64,000 nt of DNA from the NCBI GenBank assembly GCA_010909165.1, contig MU008173.1, forward strand, positions 310,001 to 374,000. The letters are read 5' to 3'. A program made the position numbers and the translations under genes. This DNA comes from Anthoceros angustus. Lineage: Eukaryota; Plantae; Anthocerotophyta. Positions within the stretch are counted from its first letter, which is position 1, and the number at the start of each line of letters is the position of its first letter. The notes beneath the pieces were generated by a model. That model did no database searches, was not told where the DNA came from, and worked only from the letters and a program-made list of their open reading frames with translations. Of this stretch, positions 60,970 to 64,000 are shown one piece after another.

Positions 60970-61467
60970 TTAGTTAAAAGGTAGAGCTGGACAAGATTCT
61001 TCATCTTTTTTTTTACGACGGGTGTAGTAATAATCTAAACTACAGCCCGGTGATTCAATTATCGCTCCTATGCTTCTTGCACAAGTTTTAAGCACAGTGT
61101 TTTGAATATACTTGAGACATTCACCACACTCTATTTTTGACAAATAGACATGAGGTTGAGATATATCTTCTTCAGGATAGATAGTATTTTTATACCCCAA
61201 GCAATTAGCACCAGACTCAAAGGTAATGTGCCCCAACAATAGGTTGTATTGAACATTCGACCTTGGATGACTAATGACAGAATTTGAAATCAATGTACCC
61301 AACCATGATAGAAGATTAAGTTGTCCTGGGTCGAACAAATCAAATTGTTTCTCTGAGCAATAAGTAAAGGATATGGATTCCCACCATTTCACTTCTGCTA
61401 TTACAATATTGGCATGAGATATACCAGCCAAAATATAAATATAAATAAAACATATATTTAAATACAT
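60970..61467 (-). CDS. Secreted Gnk2/DUF26-like protein (copy 3, 165 aa)
   Basis: Signal peptide; YC...ANC-x24-CGEC...TCARSIGA...GCSLDY. Confidence 0.75.
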   Translation of the reverse strand: MYLNICFIYIYILAGISHANIVIAEVKWWESISFTYCSEKQFDLFDPGQLNLLSWLGTLISNSVISHPRSNVQYNLLLGHITFESGANCLGYKNTIYPEEDISQPHVYLSKIECGECLKYIQNTVLKTCARSIGAIIESPGCSLDYYYTRRKKKDEESCPALPFN

Positions 61468-62517
61468 CTTACTAGTAATGATGTAAAAGATTTAGGCAAC
61501 TCTGTTGATCGATCTTTGCAAGTGAAGACCACGAAGACCACTCCTATTTCACTGGATCGCCTCGGGTGAAGTGCGATTTCCCTTAGTCAAGATATTGTAT
61601 CCTCTTTCGATGGCATGGGGTTATTTTGCAGTGAAACTTTACTTCATATCGATTCCATGGAGTTGATAGAAGAACTCTTTCTTCTGTTTTGTGATCTAGT
61701 AGAGGGATAGAGTATTGTTAATGAACTTAGCAAAATTTTCTTACAAAGTAGAGTAATAATTGATAAATATATTTTAAATCATTATATGAATTATCATTTT
61801 TTTGAAATATTATGTGTCCTTAATTATAATAAGATTCATAGCATACTAGCTCAACTCTTTCCCTACCAGTCAACCATGAACTTTCATTGAAATAAAATAT
61901 TCTGTATAGAAAAGTTGAACATGAAAAGAATCTGGAATCTTGAATTGACATTTCATGCATTATTTCTATGAATTGTTTTCATCAACAATTTTACGTAATA
62001 ATTCTATGGTGATGTTATATTTAATTATTTATTTTTATAAAATATCTTAAAATTATTAGAATAAATAATATCTTAGAATTTAGAGATATTAAATCATAAT
62101 ATTATTTAGAGAATAACGATGCTGGAGTGTTCTACAATGTTAAAAAAATATAAATGTTCAGAAGTATTTCCTTGATAATGGCTCCATGGCTTAGTTTTAA
62201 TATCTTATTATACATGTACTATTATCTATCTTGTCCGATGCTCACACTTTTAGTTATGAAGTATCTATTGTGTTACTAGCTTGCTTTGTACTTATTCTTT
62301 ATTTGCACACGAAAATTTAGAGATTATAGTTTAGATTTATAGTAATATTTTTAATATTTTTCAGAAAGCTTAATTCTTTCTAAAAAGGGGGTTTAGATTT
62401 ATGTATAAAACTTTAAGTGAGATCCTTAGGCTTGTACTATAATCTACAAAGAAGAAGAATATATAATAGTCCACTTGGACGGAATTTTCCTATCATGGGA
62501 CTTAGTACTTAACAACT

Positions 62518-64000
62518 TGTACCGTGGTGTGCCTAAGCTACTTGCAACAAGGGCATTCACTCCCTTTAGGCACCACCGGCCAGCTATCGCCGGCCGTGAC
62601 AGAGAGAAGCTCAACGAGAAGGACTGGACACGAATCGGCGTACATGAGAGGCGCTAGCACGAGTAATGGCCAGACGAGCATGCCTAGGACATACCTGCTA
62701 GAGCTAGACGAAGGAACCAAGGTTAGAACTAGAGGTTAGGCGAGGCGGGATTAAGCTAACCCTCGATCTAACCAAACCCGGTAGTTAAGTTAGCTCAGGT
62801 AAAGAAACGGTCGGAACCTGGGACGCGGGGGGTATAAGAACTAGGTGCTCCCATAATCAGACTCTCTCGATTCCACACTCTCGCTTCTCCGCTCTTGCCG
62901 GTCGGGTCATCAAGCTCGCGAGATGTCTGAGCTCATCTCCACTTACATCTGGTATCAGAGCAGGTCGATCAGGCAGGAGACATGACTCCAAGAGATCGCC
63001 AGATCTTTGATTGGATTTGTGCCTGCAGGTACAGAAGCTCACGACAAACGATGTAGGAGTGGGGAGCTATCACTGGAGCAGGAGCGTGGTCATTATGGGC
63101 GAGCCTCTGGACAAAAAGTGTTTTGATTCTTCGTTGGCTCGAGATCTGGTGGGAATCCCAGGGCAATTTCAAGGGGGCAGAGGCCTTCGTCAGAGAGCGG
63201 ATGTCAAGGCGAGATCCATACCTATAGGAGAAAGGAAGATGGAGAGTGCGCTGGGAAGGTGCAAGAAAAAGGAAGGCGAGAAGCGGAGCCACTCAGGCAG
63301 AGCAAGAAAGATCAAGAAGTGGAGCAGCTTTAGTGGAGCAGGAAAGATCAAGAATGTGAAGCTGAACGGAGCAGTGCCATTCAGAGGATTTGAGCTCGAG
63401 GAGATTTGTCACCTTGCAGTCGTGAGGTCTTGGACCCAAGACGATGCAAGAGGTGTTTTGATGCTTCAAGTTCTTGTCACCTTGCAGTTGTGAGGTCTTG
63501 GACCCAAGACGATGCAAGAGGCATTTTGACGCTTCAGATTCTTTACAAAAGTACTCGTGGGCAAGATGAGATAGTCCTTGAGCTGCATGGTCCCGAAACC
63601 CGCTCTGCAGTGGAAACGGGTTACGTATCGCAAGTCGAGATACAAGAGCTGCTAAACGTAATTGGCCGTGTTGGTTGAAGACGGTCAGAAATTCTGTCGA
63701 GTGTTGAAGTTCTGAACACCGGTGAATGCGTGGTTAAGCGAACAGTCAGAAACTTGCAATCTCCGTGTACGAGCAGCAACTGAGTCAAGTTCGGACCTGT
63801 GGTCATGATCATGCTGTGATTTCAAAGACCGCGAGGATTTCCGACTAGCCGCAAATACGAGTGTGAGCCAGCAACCCTACCTTCCTCGCCTGCACCACAG
63901 TCTCGTACTTCACCCTATAGATAGAGTTTGCAAGATCCCTTGCGGCTGCAGTGTGAGCAGATACATCTCGAGATCAGCCGAACTCCGATGCATGCGAGTA
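62518..64000 (+). mobile_element. 5' end of an LTR retrotransposon: LTR 62518-62947, tRNA-iMet PBS 62950-62961, degenerate internal region
   Basis: TG...CA bounded ~430 bp unit followed by TGGTATCAGAGC; ~68 bp x2 repeat at ~63405-63540. Confidence 0.75.

Overview
Eukaryotic land-plant nuclear DNA, not a prokaryotic locus. Short GT-AG introns, GC-rich genes and a PLS-class PPR gene suggest a compact non-seed-plant genome such as a hornwort; that assignment is inference. Recognisable genes: an AIFM2/FSP1-like oxidoreductase, a PLS-E PPR editing factor, CbbY phosphatase, SPCS1, a tonoplast sugar transporter, a STIG1-extensin chimera and an alpha/beta-hydrolase. Less familiar genes: a RING-H2 ORF, three divergent Gnk2/DUF26-like secreted proteins, an orphan secreted family and a small 6-Cys peptide gene. 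The window also holds LTR, CRE-like non-LTR, CACTA and MITE remnants. The main finding is a ~5.8 kb insertion (9760-15531) with 30-bp terminal inverted repeats and a 3-bp CAA target duplication, whose empty site survives in a paralogous block at ~26260. It carries a frameshifted beta-class DNA amino-methyltransferase (N4-C/N6-A family) with a spliceosomal-type acceptor, plus GC-rich palindrome arrays. Several 0.9-1.9 kb tandem duplicates look like assembly overlap artefacts, so frameshifts in this window may not all be real.
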